From the human T2T-CHM13v2.0 reference genome, Homo sapiens, in assembly GCF_009914755.1 (NCBI RefSeq), contig NC_060938.1: a stretch of DNA of 64,000 bases; one strand, written 5' to 3'. Made by a program: the position numbers and the translations under genes. Each line of letters starts with the position of its first letter. Position 1 is the stretch's first letter. The notes under the pieces are model-generated. The model saw only the letters and a list, made by a program, of their open reading frames with translations, made no database searches and was not told the origin of the DNA. Below, piece by piece: positions 24,426-41,494 of this stretch.

Positions 24426-26600
24426 TAATATATATAATATTCAATTGTTATTTTTAATCTCAAAGAATCCCATGGCTCTTTGTAAAGCTGTCAACTCATT
24501 ATGATTTGCAAACCTCTCCAGAGTAAATATGAACTCTATACAAGAAAGTGAAAGTTGGTTTTGAAGCAGAGGACTTTGTAAAAGAAAATGCAATCTTATT
24601 GCACAAAATGGAACACAGCCAAAACAGAAAAACTCACACCTCTACTTAAAAGAAAGTGCAAAGCAAGACTACATCTCAGCTAAATGTTTCATTATAGGAT
24701 AAGTTAAGATGTATAATTAGTCAAAATAAGATCCCAGTATTTTCACAGTATTGCAAACACAGTACAATATTAATTTTCACATTAAATTTTATATGCAAAC
24801 AAATTGGGTTTGTCAAAAAAAGGTGTTGCTTTCCTCACAAAAGCTGTCTTTGATAATAAATAAGAATTCTACTGGAAAACTGAAGCTTTCCATATGTGAC
24901 AAATTTTGGAAATAAGAATAAAAGAGAAATGTAGCATTCTCTCTTAAATACAGAATTTTACAGATGAAACTTCTTAAACTAATGCTGAAAATTTTGAATG
25001 CCCAACTCTATCGACTTATGCAAAAGAATGAATGGATACATAAGCAAGTGGGTTTTTTTGTTTATTTTGTTTTTTAAGATTTCATTTAGCATCCAGGTCA
25101 CTGATAGGGTGTAGACAATGGAAATAGTTCCCTCTTCCGTTCAATTACAATTCCTAATCAGTTGGATTTGTCATGTGGTTCTTTCAAGAGTGTGCTATAA
25201 ATGTTGCTTCCTATCCAATCTCGATATTCAAAATATTACTAATCTTTGTTTGTTTTTGATGAAGGGGTTCATGCATTTCTGTTAAAGACTTAGACTTGAG
25301 AACGGAGCACTAGAACCTACATTCAAAGTGTTTCTCTCATTTCGTTCTTTGCCACTAGGAATTAAGAATGGGTCAATGAAATATACAGCTCCTTTCTGGA
25401 ATGTACCTGTTCTGCTACAACCATGGATATCCTGACCTTTCTGTGCCTTTCAGGGACAAGGGTAATAGAGGAGTTTCAGACTCCCTCTAAAACAAAACAA
25501 CAACTGAACAATAAACAACAGAAAAAGAACACAAAAAAAGACGGCGGTACTCTTTCCCCTTTCCTTGCTTTCTCCTGCTACCAAAACAAACAACAAAAAC
25601 TACATTGTCTCATTGGATGACGAAGCTAAAATTTTGTAGCAAATCTATAGAAGAAAAGAAGTGGAAATCTACTCAAGAGCTACTGTAAAACACTGTATAC
25701 AAAACAACCACTTTGATTCACATTAAAAAGTGTTATCTGTTTCTTTGAATTCATAAGCTAGATATTAATCCATCTTTAGAAGAGAAGAAAGCAAAGATCG
25801 TAGATGACAAGTCTTGCTTTCTTGTAAGTATCTTTGAATCTGTATGTTTGCCATCACAAGTTCTCAGATCAATTAACTATTGTTTACTTCCAAAAAAAAT
25901 CTGGCATGGCTTATGAAGATGTATATATATAACAACATCAGTATGAATGGGATAATACAACAAGACCAAGGGAAACTAAACTTGTGTAATTATTGAAGGT
26001 AGTAAGCATCTAACAGACATTTTGTCTGTTGTAGTTTAGATTTAAATTTGCCACTGAAATCAGCCTCTTCTTGGGGATTTCCTGCTTGTACTGATGAGCC
26101 AATACCCCTCCCTTTATACTCATTTTCACAGAAATTCTTTGCTAATTCATTGCCTAGCTCGCTCTGTAACATTCATAACCATCTTCAACACCACCTCCAG
26201 ACTGACTGCAGTTTGACATAAAAAATGGCCTTAGAAAAGGCTCTGGCTGGGAAATTTCATTCCAGCATGGCAGAAATGTAAAGAGTCTGTTGTGATATAA
26301 GTACTATTTATCAGGCTCCTATAAATCTCCTTAGCATAGTCAGCAGAGTCCAAGATACAAACTTCCTAGCAAGTCTGCAGGTAAATTCAGATAAAGCAAT
26401 CACAACTTGGCCTGGGGAGTGGATTCATGCTCTCTAGAATAAGAGTTGCATGGTGTGCAAAAAGATTCTGCAAAAAGAGTCAAAATACTAGTAATAACGA
26501 TAATGATAATAATTCATTCCACAAATATGCATGAAACACCTATTAGATATTCATCAACATGAATCACAAGACCTTGCAACAATTATATTGCCATTGATGA

Positions 26601-26930
<330 letters not shown>

Positions 26931-27189
26931 GGATGAATTTTTAAGACTGTTGTATGAATGCCTGTGGGGTATTGCCCAAGAATAAGGTGCTTTCCAGAGT
27001 CTTTGTCCAAGGGTTTGTGATTAACACTCTTGAACCATCTGTGAATGGCTCAAGAGGCCATGATGATGGCATTGCTATGATGTTGCGGGAAGCCCTACAG
27101 GGAGGTTTCTTCTCCACAGAGGATATTTCACCATTATCACAGTAGAAGTTAGTATTTAAGGAACTCAAGCCATTCCTGACTGAGTGAAT

Positions 27190-27650
27190 GGTAGCAGCAG
27201 ATGGAGCTGAGGCTGCAAGGGCCAGATGCCCTTGGGCCTTAACCATGTCAGTGCCTGCAGGGCTAATTTTCAACTTGCGAGTCTGTTTCACTTTGCCTGA
27301 GGCCCTTCTCTAGTCATAAGATCTCACTCTGCCTGCTGTAGTACTGGGGAAAAAAGGGCCCCTAGGAGCAGCCCTCAGCCAGTGACTCACTGGGAGTTGG
27401 TGCAAAATGCACCAGTTGCCTCACCCTTGAGGTGGGGTGTTGCAGATCCACTTATGATGCTTTGGCTCCCAGAGAACCCATCTGGGTGGAATTGCAATCT
27501 CTCATTGGAAACTTGCTTGGAAAGAAAGTTTTCTTGACTTTCTGAGGCCTTCCCCTCCTCCCCATTCTACTTCTTCATTATCAGCATTTCCAGGAACCAC
27601 ACACCAAATAAATAACTTGCACTTGAATCCTTGTCTCTGGGTCTGCCATA
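27190..27650 (+). mobile_element. LTR16-like (ERVL) solo LTR
   Basis: GGAGCAGCCCTCAGCCAGTGAC..GGGAGTTGGTG..CCAAATAAATAACTTGCACTTGAATCCTTGTCTC. Confidence 0.75.
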
Positions 27651-29139
27651 CCTCACAATGAACCCACTAAGCAGATTTCTTAAAATATCTTCTGAGAGTA
27701 AGAGTGGGTGGCATTCTTCTTTTACATATTATTGGTATGTAAGAAAAAAAAAAAGCTTTTTAAAAAGAGCTTGAAATTATTTTTTTTCTCTAAGAAAATA
27801 AAATAAAATAAGTGCTTTCATATCTAACCAGTTTCCTTAAATCAGATATGCACACATCTGGGATAATGATAAAAATTAAGAAATTGGGAAAGCTAGAGTG
27901 AGTTCTGATAAAGCATTTATGAAGTGCCCTAATCCAGTCAGCCATCTTGCTGTTAGCCAACACTTTATTATTCTTTATCGAAAAAGGGTTTTCTTCGATA
28001 TTTATGTGGCCTAAACGTTCCACCCGATATTTATGAAGTCTATTTGATGAAGTAAAGTAGCATGGTATCAGGACCATGGTTTGAATTAAACTCTGAACCC
28101 TTCTTCATCTTAATGCTACATTTTGAAATTATTTCCTATACCTCAAATGAGAATTTGACTACCTACTACCCCTCAAAATGGCTCATGTTAAAAGAAATGC
28201 TAGTTATAAAAAGATATGGCACTCACTAAATGCCTAAATCATTCTGATGCATGGATCATCAAATAATTATCATTGCTCCAGCAGCATTGAGATTTCTATT
28301 ACCCCTCTAATTTTTCAAAATCGTAGAAAGCCGTTGGCTTCTGTAATTTCACATGTGATACTTCTCATTGATGTGCTGATTCTGATACTAACATAAGATA
28401 AGCTGAGAAAATCAGAAAATTTTAAACATTTTGATAAGCTGTTTGAATCAATAAGAAATATGTGAAATTTTAAAAAAATAGATGGATGATAACTGTATAC
28501 TATCCATACTCCTGATATTCACCTCATCCCTGGTTCAACACTGTAACACACCTGCCCAAGTGGGAGGCCACAGCCCTGTGCCTCGATCAGTTTCAACCAC
28601 CATCTGCTTTAGACTCAAACCTAACTCAGCCACTCCAGCAATTACTGGAAAAACAAAACAAAATAAAATAAAAACAAACACACAAAAAGAAAGACCCACG
28701 TCATAAGGGCCCTTCTAGATTATCAAGAAGGTAATAATTTCCAATTCTGGAATGATGCATTTGCATGTATTAAAGACATTTGAATTGCCACTTTTGCTTT
28801 GCCTGAAAGTGTTTCATTTGTGCTTACAAACAATCAGGATGGTAGGGTAGAGAGTTTGGAGGGACCAGTTACTTATATCTCATGAATGATAATGTTCATG
28901 AACAATGAACTGTGAAAGAAATGATAATGTATGGGCAAGAAAATGTATTGCTCTTACATACGGCAGACCATTCCACAACACCTTTCTGTCTGGTTTGTTT
29001 TTATTTTAAATATTGTATGAATCTGTATTAACTCATAGTCTCTTTAGGGTTTTATTTTCTAAGGAAAAGGGTGCATCCTTAACTTAGAAAGCGGATATGC
29101 AGTCCTGAAATCCTTTAACCTGAATTCAAATACCAGGAT

Positions 29140-29700
29140 GTATATATCCATTTATTCACCAAACGTTTATAAAGTGAGCACTAGCTTTTAGCTGAGCAGG
29201 TTTATAGATGTTGGGTATACCCAATCACCTAGATCATGACACATAAATTTTGAAAAATTCAATAAAGATACTAAACTCAAAGTAGAAGTAGAAGGTAAGG
29301 TGTGGCCAGAAGAAAAGAGTGATCAATTCTTTCTGAGTACATGGAAAATTTCACAGAGGAGGTCATACTTTTACTCAAGACTAGAAGGAAATGGAGATAG
29401 ATGTTTGTTAGATGGTGAAGAGCCAACAGGGCATCTCCGTCAGAGGAAAGAGTGTGCTCAGAGGAATGAAACAGCCAAGTGCATTCAAGAACCAGGCACT
29501 TCATTAGGACTCAAGTAAATGTGTAATGAAAACGGCCAGAAGCAAGAGTGGAGAGATTGGCAGGAACCAGAAGGTGGAGACCTGAATAGCTGGGATTTTA
29601 TTCTGGAGGCAATGGGAGCCCAGGAAGATACTGGGGAGGGGTGAACAGAGGAATAACAGCATAGCATATGTTATTTAGAAGGGTTTCCTCAAGGCCAATG
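29140..29700 (-). mobile_element. L2 remnant
   Basis: CATTTATTCACCAAACGTTTAT..GGATTTTATTCTGGAGGCAATGGGAGCC. Confidence 0.6.
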
Positions 29701-30076
29701 GGAAACTAAAAGTAAAATTCATGCAGTATGTTTCAGGCCTCAGGGCTGGGAGTGACAAGCACACCTTCCACATACACACCCTCCTTTCAGACACGCAGGA
29801 TGCAATCATAAATATTTCTGTTATTACATACAAGTGATGGTGGGAGGTGAGTGACGGTGATGAGAAGGAGAAGAAGAGCCACAGAAGATGAAAAGGAATG
29901 GCTGGTGTTCTTGTCAGATATGCCGCAGCCTGGCAAACATTTGTCTCTGGGCCCCTCCTCTATTTTATTATCCACTACTTACTTCTCTGAAACATCCTAC
30001 TTCCATCCTTAACCCAGAAGCATATTTTTAAAAAAACCCTTTCATCTGCAGAAATATCCATCCATAGGAAAGATAA

Positions 30077-30386
<310 letters not shown>

Positions 30387-30476
30387 AAGACAAGGGCTTT
30401 TTAACATCCATTTAGATGTATACATATGACAAAGTTATTTACATAAGATGCTGTATGGTGAAAATACAGCTTTAGG

Positions 30477-30511
30477 AGAGAGAGAGAGTGTGTGTGTGTG
30501 TGTGTGTGTGT
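30477..30511. repeat. (GA)n(GT)n compound microsatellite
   Basis: GAGAGAGAGAGAGTGTGTGTGTG... Confidence 0.9.
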
Positions 30512-33048
30512 TTAATTTCTAGATGTCAAACACTTCAGTAAATTGGCCTATGCAAACCATGTATATGTCCACTGCCTCCAGTATGATTAAACCTGGGGGA
30601 TAAAAGATTCCAAGATTCCCAGGCTCTGCATCTGTCACTAATAATTGTAAATAATATACATGATGCTAGAATGTGCATTATGCTTTCAATCTGGTTTTAC
30701 ATCTGAAATGTTTCTTATATAAACTGCCACATCGTCCAGTGATCAGCAATTATAGTAAATCAAATTCAGTACCAAACTCTTTTACCTTTCCTAATGGCAG
30801 AAGGAAATGTCTTCCTCACCCTGAACATCAAAAACATCCACGATGACCTGCCTGTAATAATGTCATCAAAAGTGCACGGATCACACCAGAAAACACATGA
30901 AACGAATTTTCATCTATGGCATTGCTTCCAGATAAAACTATCATGAAAAAAAAATAGTTTTTCAGTGGCTGTAAAAGAGAATATGGAAAAGATATTTACC
31001 CCGCATCTATTTCTTCTTATCCTTCATCATCTCTCTGACTGCCTGTTTAATTGTCAACCTGTCTCTTGAGTTTCATACCCTTCCCAAATGTGTTTTCCCC
31101 CTCTGCCTTATCTCTTCAAAGCCATCAGTCACACAGCAGATTTGTAATGAACTTGCTCTCTGCCAAGGCAAAAAATAAAAAAGTGACATCATTTTCAAAA
31201 AGGGGGAGATCAGCACTTTAATCTCAGTGAGATAGAAAATAGAACAAAGGAAATGCCTGGCAGGAGTAAAAGGGGGAAAAGTTGGGGATGGAGAGCAGGC
31301 TTTCTTTGCTTCTCCATGCTTTGTACACTGAGCTTTAGAAATTTGGAAACCATTTGTTTTCCATTCTCATCGTACCCTGCTGGCCATTTATGGTCTTGTC
31401 CAGAATAATTACTGGAAAAGGAGCATGGCATTCTCTCTCTCTGCTTTTGTGAGTTTGGTGGGATGGGCTGAGGGTAGAATCCTTAAATGCTTATTACAGA
31501 GTTTTGACATGGAGGCAGCATTTCAACATTTTCTTGTGAAGTAGCTAACTCACGCATCCGGTCAGACAGGTGTATTCTAGCTGTGTACAAATTAAAGCTG
31601 AAATAAGAATGCAGAGTTATGATGGTGGAAGAAAGAAGGAGCAAGCATATTGCTTTAAAGAGCTGAAGATCCCATCAGACTAAATTATAGACATACGTAT
31701 CAAACGTAATGTGGAAATCAGCTCTGAAGGCTCAGAGGCTAAGGCATTAAAACAGCTGTTTACAATAACTTGGGATATATAATCAGAATGATTTTATAAA
31801 AAACATAATTCTCCAAATTAATCAAGCTGAAGAGAAATGTGGGTTCTCTCCATTTACTTGGGGGCCATGTGCTGGAGATTATCAAATATGTACCATTTGT
31901 AAGAGAAATGTGATGAATCACCCTAGATAAAATGATAGCAAAAGCTTTATTTCTAAAATGAAGCTGGTGTAGCATTAGAAATGTGTGTTGGGCATGAACC
32001 TCCCACGTCACAGGCTAAGATGTGCCAAGAATGTAGCTTTATTTTTCTGTTACTTGATTTCTGTCCTGGAATCGTCACTGTTTCTCTTATCAAAAATCCC
32101 AACCTGAAGTCAATTCTTGGTAAACTCATTCAGCTCCAGATTTTGCTCTTGCTCCTATTTCCCTGTGTTGATTCAAATTCCATGAATTTTTCACAGTGTC
32201 CAGGTCCTGGCCCAGTCCCACCTGTATAATCCTTCATCTACTAAGGTATGTACCACCCTGTCAGATTTCCTGTCTTAGCACCTCTCATCTCGCCCCAGCC
32301 AAGCATCCAATTTCCTGTGGTATCACTGGTTGACATTTCAGAGGTAACCCTGAGTGACTGGCATCACTACCATGAATTATTTTTAGCTCCTGTGGCCATT
32401 TCTCAGCCACTTTCACGTCCCTCAGCATGGTGGAAACCACAAGAAACTTCTGGATGCTCTTCTCTTCCACTTTCTGGTTCCAAGTCTGGTGAATAGAAAC
32501 TTGAAGGCCATTAGAGGACTATTCAGTCTGCCTAGATTGAACAGACCACATTTTCTACTTGTGGCTGCCACATCACTCAGGCAGGACAGGAGATGAAGGC
32601 AGTGGAGTCTTAACAGGCTTTTGTTTCCCACTTTCCATCCAGGAAAGTAAGGCAATGACCCATAGATGATTGGTTAGCTCTAGGTCCCAACCATCAATCT
32701 GGGATGTGGTCCAGAGAGGGCAGTTGTAGCAGAGCTTGCAGCCCTTTCTCAGGTATCCCCATAACCATTTCACTCAACTGCTCTCCTTGATGATGCCCCT
32801 CTTTTCTCCCAACCCAGATGCATAGTGCCTCTTCTGTAATTGGGAAAACAGAGGGAGAAAGTTTACCTCCAGTCTGTTACTTAAAACTCATGTCATCAAG
32901 CCCATGATTTTTAATATTCAAAACTTCAGACTTTCAAACAAAAATTAAATTCTTCTTCCATAAAAATTGTCTCTATAGTATTTTGAGATTATATTTTAAA
33001 AGTTTTAAAAACTGAGCTTTGATCTTTTATTTCTTTTGATATTTCTGC

Positions 33049-33108
33049 TATATATATGTGTATATATATGTGTGTATATATATGTGTGTGTGTATATATA
33101 TATATATA
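33049..33108. repeat. (TA)n/(TG)n microsatellite
   Basis: TATATATATGTGTATATATATGTGTG... Confidence 0.9.
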
Positions 33109-33336
33109 CTCAAAACAGTAGCAGATAATTTCAGGAAGTATTATATACTAATGTTCCAAAATACTATTTTTTCCATCTATAATTCTTTGCCTACCAAAAA
33201 AAAAAAAAAGTGAGTCTTGCCTTTTTATCTTGCCCTCTTCTAAGAAAGAGAAAATTGGATACTTGTCTTTAATCTATTTCTCTAGAATAGTAAATTCTAC
33301 ATAGGGCAAAGTAGAGTATATATCCACAGTAGAATA

Positions 33337-33670
33337 TAGTCGTCCCTCAGTAGCCATGGAAGACTGGCTCCAGGACCCCCCACAGATAGTAAAATCTACA
33401 GATGCTCAAGTCACTGATATAAGGTGGCATAATATTTGCATATAACCCAAGCACATCCTCCCATATACTTTAAATTATCTCTCAATTACTTATAATACAT
33501 AATAAATGTAAATGCTATATAAGTAGTTGTTATACTCTATTGTACAGGGAATTATAACAAGAAAAAAGGTCTGTACATGTTTAGTACAGACACAATTTTT
33601 AAGAAATATTTTCTATCTGCAGTTGGTTGTGTCCATGGATGAAGAACCCATGAATACAGAAAGCTAACTA
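33337..33670 (+). mobile_element. MER2 (TcMar-Tigger MITE), full length
   Basis: TAGTCGTCCCTCAGTA..CCAGGACCCCC..GATGCTCAAGTC..TATTTGCATATAACC..GAACCCATGAATACAGA; TA dinucleotide on both sides. Confidence 0.9.
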
Positions 33671-34215
33671 TACTCTATACTGAGGTCCTAAAGACTCAGT
33701 AGGTAAATCCACACAATAGAGTCAAAATATGTAACCAAGAGATTTCATCCATTGGCTCAACAGTACCCTATGGACCGATGCCATTCTAGGAAGGGTTTTG
33801 TCCAAACAGAGTCCAGTTGAAGCCCTAAGAGCCTCTTAGGGATTGGTACTAAGAGAATCCAAAGTTATACTGTAGTTAATGGTGGGCACTTCAGTTAAAA
33901 GACCATGTGAGATTCGACCAAGTGGACACAAGATGAGTCCCATAGAACACATGGACACAGCTGGAGTTGAGGAGAGGAAGTAGGAAGAGTGGCATGGATC
34001 AAAAGAAAGCAAATGCTAAGAGCTGTGGAAATCATGGCTGAAAAATAGAGGTGAGAGACTGAATTACTGGCTCCTTAATGGCAATTGCATTTGCTCTCTG
34101 AGTCCCCATTCTTTTCTTCTTTTTCTCCATAGATTCTATTAGTAACCAACATATGATATATTATGACATAGTATATCATATATTGTATGTGTTTGTTTTA
34201 CCATTTTCATACATG

Positions 34216-34218
<3 letters not shown>

Positions 34219-34258
<40 letters not shown>
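34219..34258. repeat. (AC)20 microsatellite
   Basis: Perfect AC run. Confidence 0.95.
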
Positions 34259-34261
<3 letters not shown>

Positions 34262-35444
34262 AAGATTATAGAATCCATAGAGAAGGAATTTTTTAGTTTG
34301 TTTTGTTCACTGGTGTTTCCCTTGCTCCTTAAAGAGGTGATAGAAATTTCAATAAATGCTTGTTGAAGGAAAAAAGAAAGAGAAAAGAAAGGAAGAAAAG
34401 AATGAGGTGGAAGGGAAGAAAGAGAGCAAGACAATGAATGAAAATTGCTTGATTGCTAATTCTCCAGACTCAAGAGTACTACTGTCTGTACTTCTTGCTT
34501 GTGGGTTCTATGTTGTTCCCCATTTTCTTTTCACTTGCTTGCTTTTCTTGACTTGAATTAGTTTAAATGTGTTTCTCTTTTGTAGAGTGAAACGAACCTT
34601 CACAACAACAGGTGTAGTGAGCAATCCTAGTTGTTTTGCCAACCCTTTTCTTTATTTCAGGCAGAGTAGCAAACATTATCATCTTTAAATTATCTTTAAA
34701 CCTCATTATTAAAGCTGACCACATGGTAGTCATAAGCTTGTTGGAAGAGCATGACCAAGAGTGCTGATTCACAAGGGAAGATGTTTTTAAAAATAATAAT
34801 AATAAAAAGAATGAAAAAATACAACCATTATATCCACAGAGATCACAGGGATGTTACTCATAGCTGCCTGCAAAGTAGTATATTCAGCTTCTAGATAGAG
34901 TTATATCGAATGAGGTTGAATAAGGAAAGAAGTGCCTCCCACTCATAGAGTTAGAAAATATATAGCCTTTGCAAAAAGTGCAAAGGAGGATTCATAGACT
35001 CTGGAGTAGTTTGGTGTTCCCACAAATACCGTGTGTCTCATATAGGAACTTGAGAAGATGGAAGACTCAGTTCATGGCAAACCATAAAAACAGAAGACTA
35101 AGTGCATTCATCTTGTAATTTGTTGTATTATCTCAAGATTTATAGAAGCAGTTCTACCTAATGCACAAATCTATATTAGTTTTGTTCTCTTTCCTTTTTT
35201 CCCTTCTCTGTTTTAAACTTTCTTTGATAGGTGGTCTTGGAAAGTGCTGAATTAAGACTTGGCACGGTAAAGTCCTATGTATTTGGCTGGTCCTTCAGTT
35301 CTAAGAGTCTCACAAACTGGCATCTCACATATGTGTGAGAGACTGAAGATCAAAGTAGCAGTAACATATACTCACACATACACTCGCAAATGAGAGACTT
35401 ACATACACAGAGATACAAACATGCATACACACTACTACCCTTTT

Positions 35445-35502
35445 GTACTTTAATGTGATTTAGTTTGGGAAAGCACTGCTTCTGTACCTAAACAAATTCT
35501 TC
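35445..35502 (+). repeat. Copy A of a 58-bp direct duplication (partner 37785-37842)
   Basis: GTACTTTAATGTGATTTAGTTTGGGAAAGCACTGCTTCTGTACCTAAACAAATTCTTC; 4 mismatches to its partner. Confidence 0.93.
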
Positions 35503-35648
35503 TTTGTAGCAAAATGCTTATATATCTGAGCAGGACACAAAACCAAATAAATGCAAGGTAGGATTTATTTTATAATAAAGGGCAGGAATTATCTATTGAG
35601 TTTCAATAACATTTGATAACAGGTTTGACATCAAAGTATATTAGTGAA

Positions 35649-36008
35649 CTTTTAGTCTGTTTTCACACTGCTGATAAAAACGTACCCAAGACTGGGCAAT
35701 TTACAAAAGAAAGAGGTTTATTGGACTTACAGTTCCACGTGGCTAGGGAGACCTCACAGTCATGGCAGAAGGTGAGGAGGAGCAAGTCACATCTTACATG
35801 GATGGCAGCAAGCAAAGAGAGAGCTTGTTCAGAGAAGCTCCCGTTTTTAAAACCATCAGACCTCACGAGACCCATTCACTTATGAGGACAACACAGGAAA
35901 GACCCACCCCCATGATTCAATCATCTTCCCCTGGGTCCCTCCCACATGTGGGAATTATGGGAGCTACAAGATGAGATTTGGATGAGGACACAGAGCCAAA
36001 CCGAACCA
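35649..36008 (-). mobile_element. THE1B-like (MaLR) solo LTR
   Basis: GAGGAGGAGCAAGTCACATCTTACATGGATGGCAGC..AAAACCATCAGA..GATGAGATTTGG..CACAGAGCCAAACC; GTGAA on both sides. Confidence 0.9.
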
Positions 36009-36012
36009 GTGA

Positions 36013-36415
<403 letters not shown>

Positions 36416-36568
36416 TGAGCACGTATTATGTTCCAGGCACTGTTCTAGGCTGTTGGAATAGAGTGCAGGCAAAAATTTCTGTCCTCATGGAGATTATATT
36501 CTAGAGAATCCTGTCATTTAAAACCCATAATAATTCTGTTATATACTTTCTTTTGGGGGAAATGTGAC

Positions 36569-36924
36569 TGTATTAGCCTGTTTTCCCACTGTTAAAAGAA
36601 ATATTCGAGACTGGGTAATTTATAAAGAAAAGAGGTTTAATTGACTCACAGTTCTGCATGGCTGGGGAGGCCTCAGGAAACTTATAATCATGACAGAAGG
36701 CAAAGGAGAAATATATACCTTCTTCACAAGGCTGCAGGAGAGAGGGCAGGGGAAACTGCCATTTATAAAACCATCAAATGTCATGGGAATTCACTAGCTG
36801 TCACAAGAACACTATGGAGATCCAGTCACCTCCCACCAGGTCCCTCTCTCAACACCTGGGGATTAAAATTCATATCACAGTTCAAGATGAGATTTGGGTG
36901 GTGACACAGAGTTAAACCATATTA
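36569..36924 (-). mobile_element. THE1D-like (MaLR) solo LTR
   Basis: TGTATTAG..GAGGCCTCAGGAAACTTATAATCATG..GATGAGATTTGGGTGG..AAACCATATTA; TSD GTGAC/ATGAC. Confidence 0.88.
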
Positions 36925-37599
36925 ATGACTTAAACCCAACTTTCTACTTGAACATGCTGCTTCTTTTAGAAACATCTAACCAATACAAAAAGAATAAGGC
37001 AATGAACCTCAGTGAATTCTCTATACTAGGACAAGCAAGTACACTAATAAGTTTAGTAAATTGATAAATGATTTTGGAAGCTATACCATGAATTTAGCTG
37101 GTAAATTCAAACATTTTAACAAAGTACTCAGGAAGGAGCCAAGTAACAGTAATTCTTTATAGTATCTATAGAAAGCATAGAATGTGGCTTTGCATATACT
37201 GCCAAGTAATTGTAATTAATTTTGTTCGGCTCTGCTCTAAATTAAAACTGAGATATATCACATAAGAAGAAATTTCTGTTTCCCATTACAATTATAACTC
37301 AGTTAGTGCCCACTTGAGCGCACACGTTTTCTTAACTGAAGTGATTAATATTATAGCTTTCATTTCCTTTAATAAACCTTGATAATTTCCACTAAATTTA
37401 GTTTTAAACATTTTTCAAATACTATCAGATTCAATTCACATCTCAACAGATCAAGTGAAGTGGAAAGATCCAGCCTATCCCTAAGTTATTTTTACCCATG
37501 ACACAGGACAAGTCAATATCTGTCTTATAGTTGGCTCATCTTGAGAGATTCATTTGTAGTTTTCTGAATACTTCTGTAAGTAAGCTATTCAAGCATGAC

Positions 37600-37950
37600 T
37601 ATATATATACAGATATATATAGACATATATACACACACATACGTACTATACAGATATACATATGTGTATATATGTGTGTATATATATACATAGATGTATA
37701 TGTGTGCATATATATTAATATATACACACAGTTGTATATATGTATATACATATACATGTATATATATATATATATCTGCATATCGTACTTTGATGTGATT
37801 TAGTTTGGGAAAGCACTGCTTCTGTATCTATACAATTTCTTCAATTTCTTTGAATACACACACACACGTGTGTGTGAGTGTATAAATATGTGTGTATATA
37901 TATCATATGGTATATATATATGTGGAGATATATATATAGAGAGAGAGAGT
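37600..37950. repeat. (TA)/(CA)/(TG) low-complexity tract, split by a 58-bp insert
   Basis: Alternating purine-pyrimidine dinucleotide repeats on both sides of 37785-37842. Confidence 0.9.
37785..37842 (+). repeat. Copy B of the 58-bp direct duplication (partner 35445-35502)
   Basis: GTACTTTGATGTGATTTAGTTTGGGAAAGCACTGCTTCTGTATCTATACAATTTCTTC. Confidence 0.93.
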
Positions 37951-38301
37951 GAATGAAGTAGGTATGGTAGTCTTAAACTCGTGTAGTATTAGATTTTATT
38001 TGAACTTTACAAGAAGAGCAGCCAGTTTGATTGTGTTGAGATCAGTCATTCGCAACATGGTTAACTTCTGGCTCCCCTTCTCCTCTCTAATGTTTTCCAA
38101 CATTCGCTATGCTTTTATCTGTAATGCTGAAATCATTACTTTGGTTACAGTTGCCAGATTAGTATTAAGTATTTTAGTTTCTAACAATGCAAGAACCTAT
38201 AAAAGGAATGTGTTTAAAAAGAAAAAAAAAGTTTGACTATAGATTAAATGTGGGTGGGGGCAGACGGTTGGAGGAGAAAGATAAGCTTTAAAAAATGTGC
38301 A

Positions 38302-38600
<299 letters not shown>

Positions 38601-38616
38601 AAAAAATGTGCAAATA

Positions 38617-38975
38617 CATATACACCATGGAATACTATGCAGCCATAAAAAATGATGAGTTCATGTCCTTTGCAGGGACATGGATGAAGCTGGAAACCAT
38701 CATTCTCAGCAAACTATCGCAAGGCCAAAAAACCAAACACCGCATGTTCTCACTCATAGGTGGGAACTGAACAATGAGAACACATGGACACAGGAAGGGG
38801 AACATCACACACTGGGGCCTGTTGTGGAATGGGGGGACAGAGGAGGGAAAGCATTAGGAGATATACCTAATGTAAATGACGAGTTCATGGGTGCAGCACA
38901 CCAACGTGGCACATGTATACGTATGTAACAAACCTGCACGTTATGCACATGTGCCCTAAAACTTAAAGTATAATT
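38617..38975 (+). mobile_element. L1PA (about L1PA4-5) 3' end, 5'-truncated
   Basis: CATATACACCATGGAATACTATGCAGCC..GGAGATATACCTAATGTAAATGACGAG..ACTTAAAGTATAAT; TSD AAAATGTGCAAATA at 38603-38616 and 38976-38989. Confidence 0.93.
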
Positions 38976-39241
38976 AAAATGTGCAAATAAAAGTTAAAAA
39001 GAGGAAGGCCCCCAAGTCACTAACAATCCACATGTTCATTTAAAGTTACATGATAAAGTTTAAGTCAAATATTTTGTAGGAAAAAAATTCCTTCATTTTA
39101 ATTTTCTTGACATTTTAAGTTAAAGAGCATAAACCTTCCTCCGATCCAAGAATATTCTTGGGCACTGTAACCTGAGAGAATTTTCCTTCAAATCGCAGGG
39201 TTCTAAGTGATAGATAATATGTAATCTTAAGATATATGTAT

Positions 39242-39265
39242 ACACACACACACACACACACACAC
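39242..39265. repeat. (AC)n microsatellite
   Basis: AC run. Confidence 0.9.
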
Positions 39266-39404
39266 GTGCGTCAATATAGATCTTAAGAAAAGAATGTGCA
39301 CAACCACAATTATTAGAAAGATAGATCTAACTTTTAAATACTCTAATATGCTATAATCTTAAATCCACCATTTGAGATTAGTTTACACATAATAAAAGCC
39401 TTTC

Positions 39405-40423
<1,019 letters not shown>

Positions 40424-40713
40424 AAAGGAAAACAACCTGTATTAATTTGCCTGTCACTTACCATTACTGTTTGCAAAGCTATACTTGTAGTTCCACAATA
40501 GAGTAAACAATACTGGTAATTGCTAGCATTTAATAGCATTTACTATATGCTAGGTTTTTGCTATACATATTTACTATATGCTGGGTGTTACATATGTGTT
40601 ATCTTATTTAATTGTCAAAATGTATTTAATGAGATGGAAGCCATCGTGAACCATGAATAGAGTTATCCAAACTGAATATAATCATGAATTTTAAGATAGA
40701 AGTGTTTCCCTAA

Positions 40714-41049
<336 letters not shown>

Positions 41050-41494
41050 AAGTACATTATTTTAAAATCACACTATCTTACTTAATAGTTCTCTAAATCA
41101 CCTGTAACAAGCAGAAAAGTCAGAGGAGGTTTTCCTTGATAGGGACTATGTGCCTCAGCTTATATGAACATCATAGCCTTTTCTCTTAGCCACATTTTAA
41201 GAAAAGGTGGTAATATTAAAGAGTGAATAGGAGCATGCTAGAAATATGAATTGGTTGACTTTAGAAGCACTTTGATTAAAATATTTTTTAATTCAAACCA
41301 TAATGATACAGTTAATAAATCGTCTCAGCTGAAAATGAAGAAAAGAAAAATAATGCAACTCCTAGAGAGCTCATTAAGAGCCAGAGCAGCCAGGTGAGAT
41401 TAGAAAGGCAAAATGAGAAAATAAACTAGTAGTTAGCAAGGTAATAATAATAGAAAACAATTGAATTTTTATAACTATTATATAATCATATATA

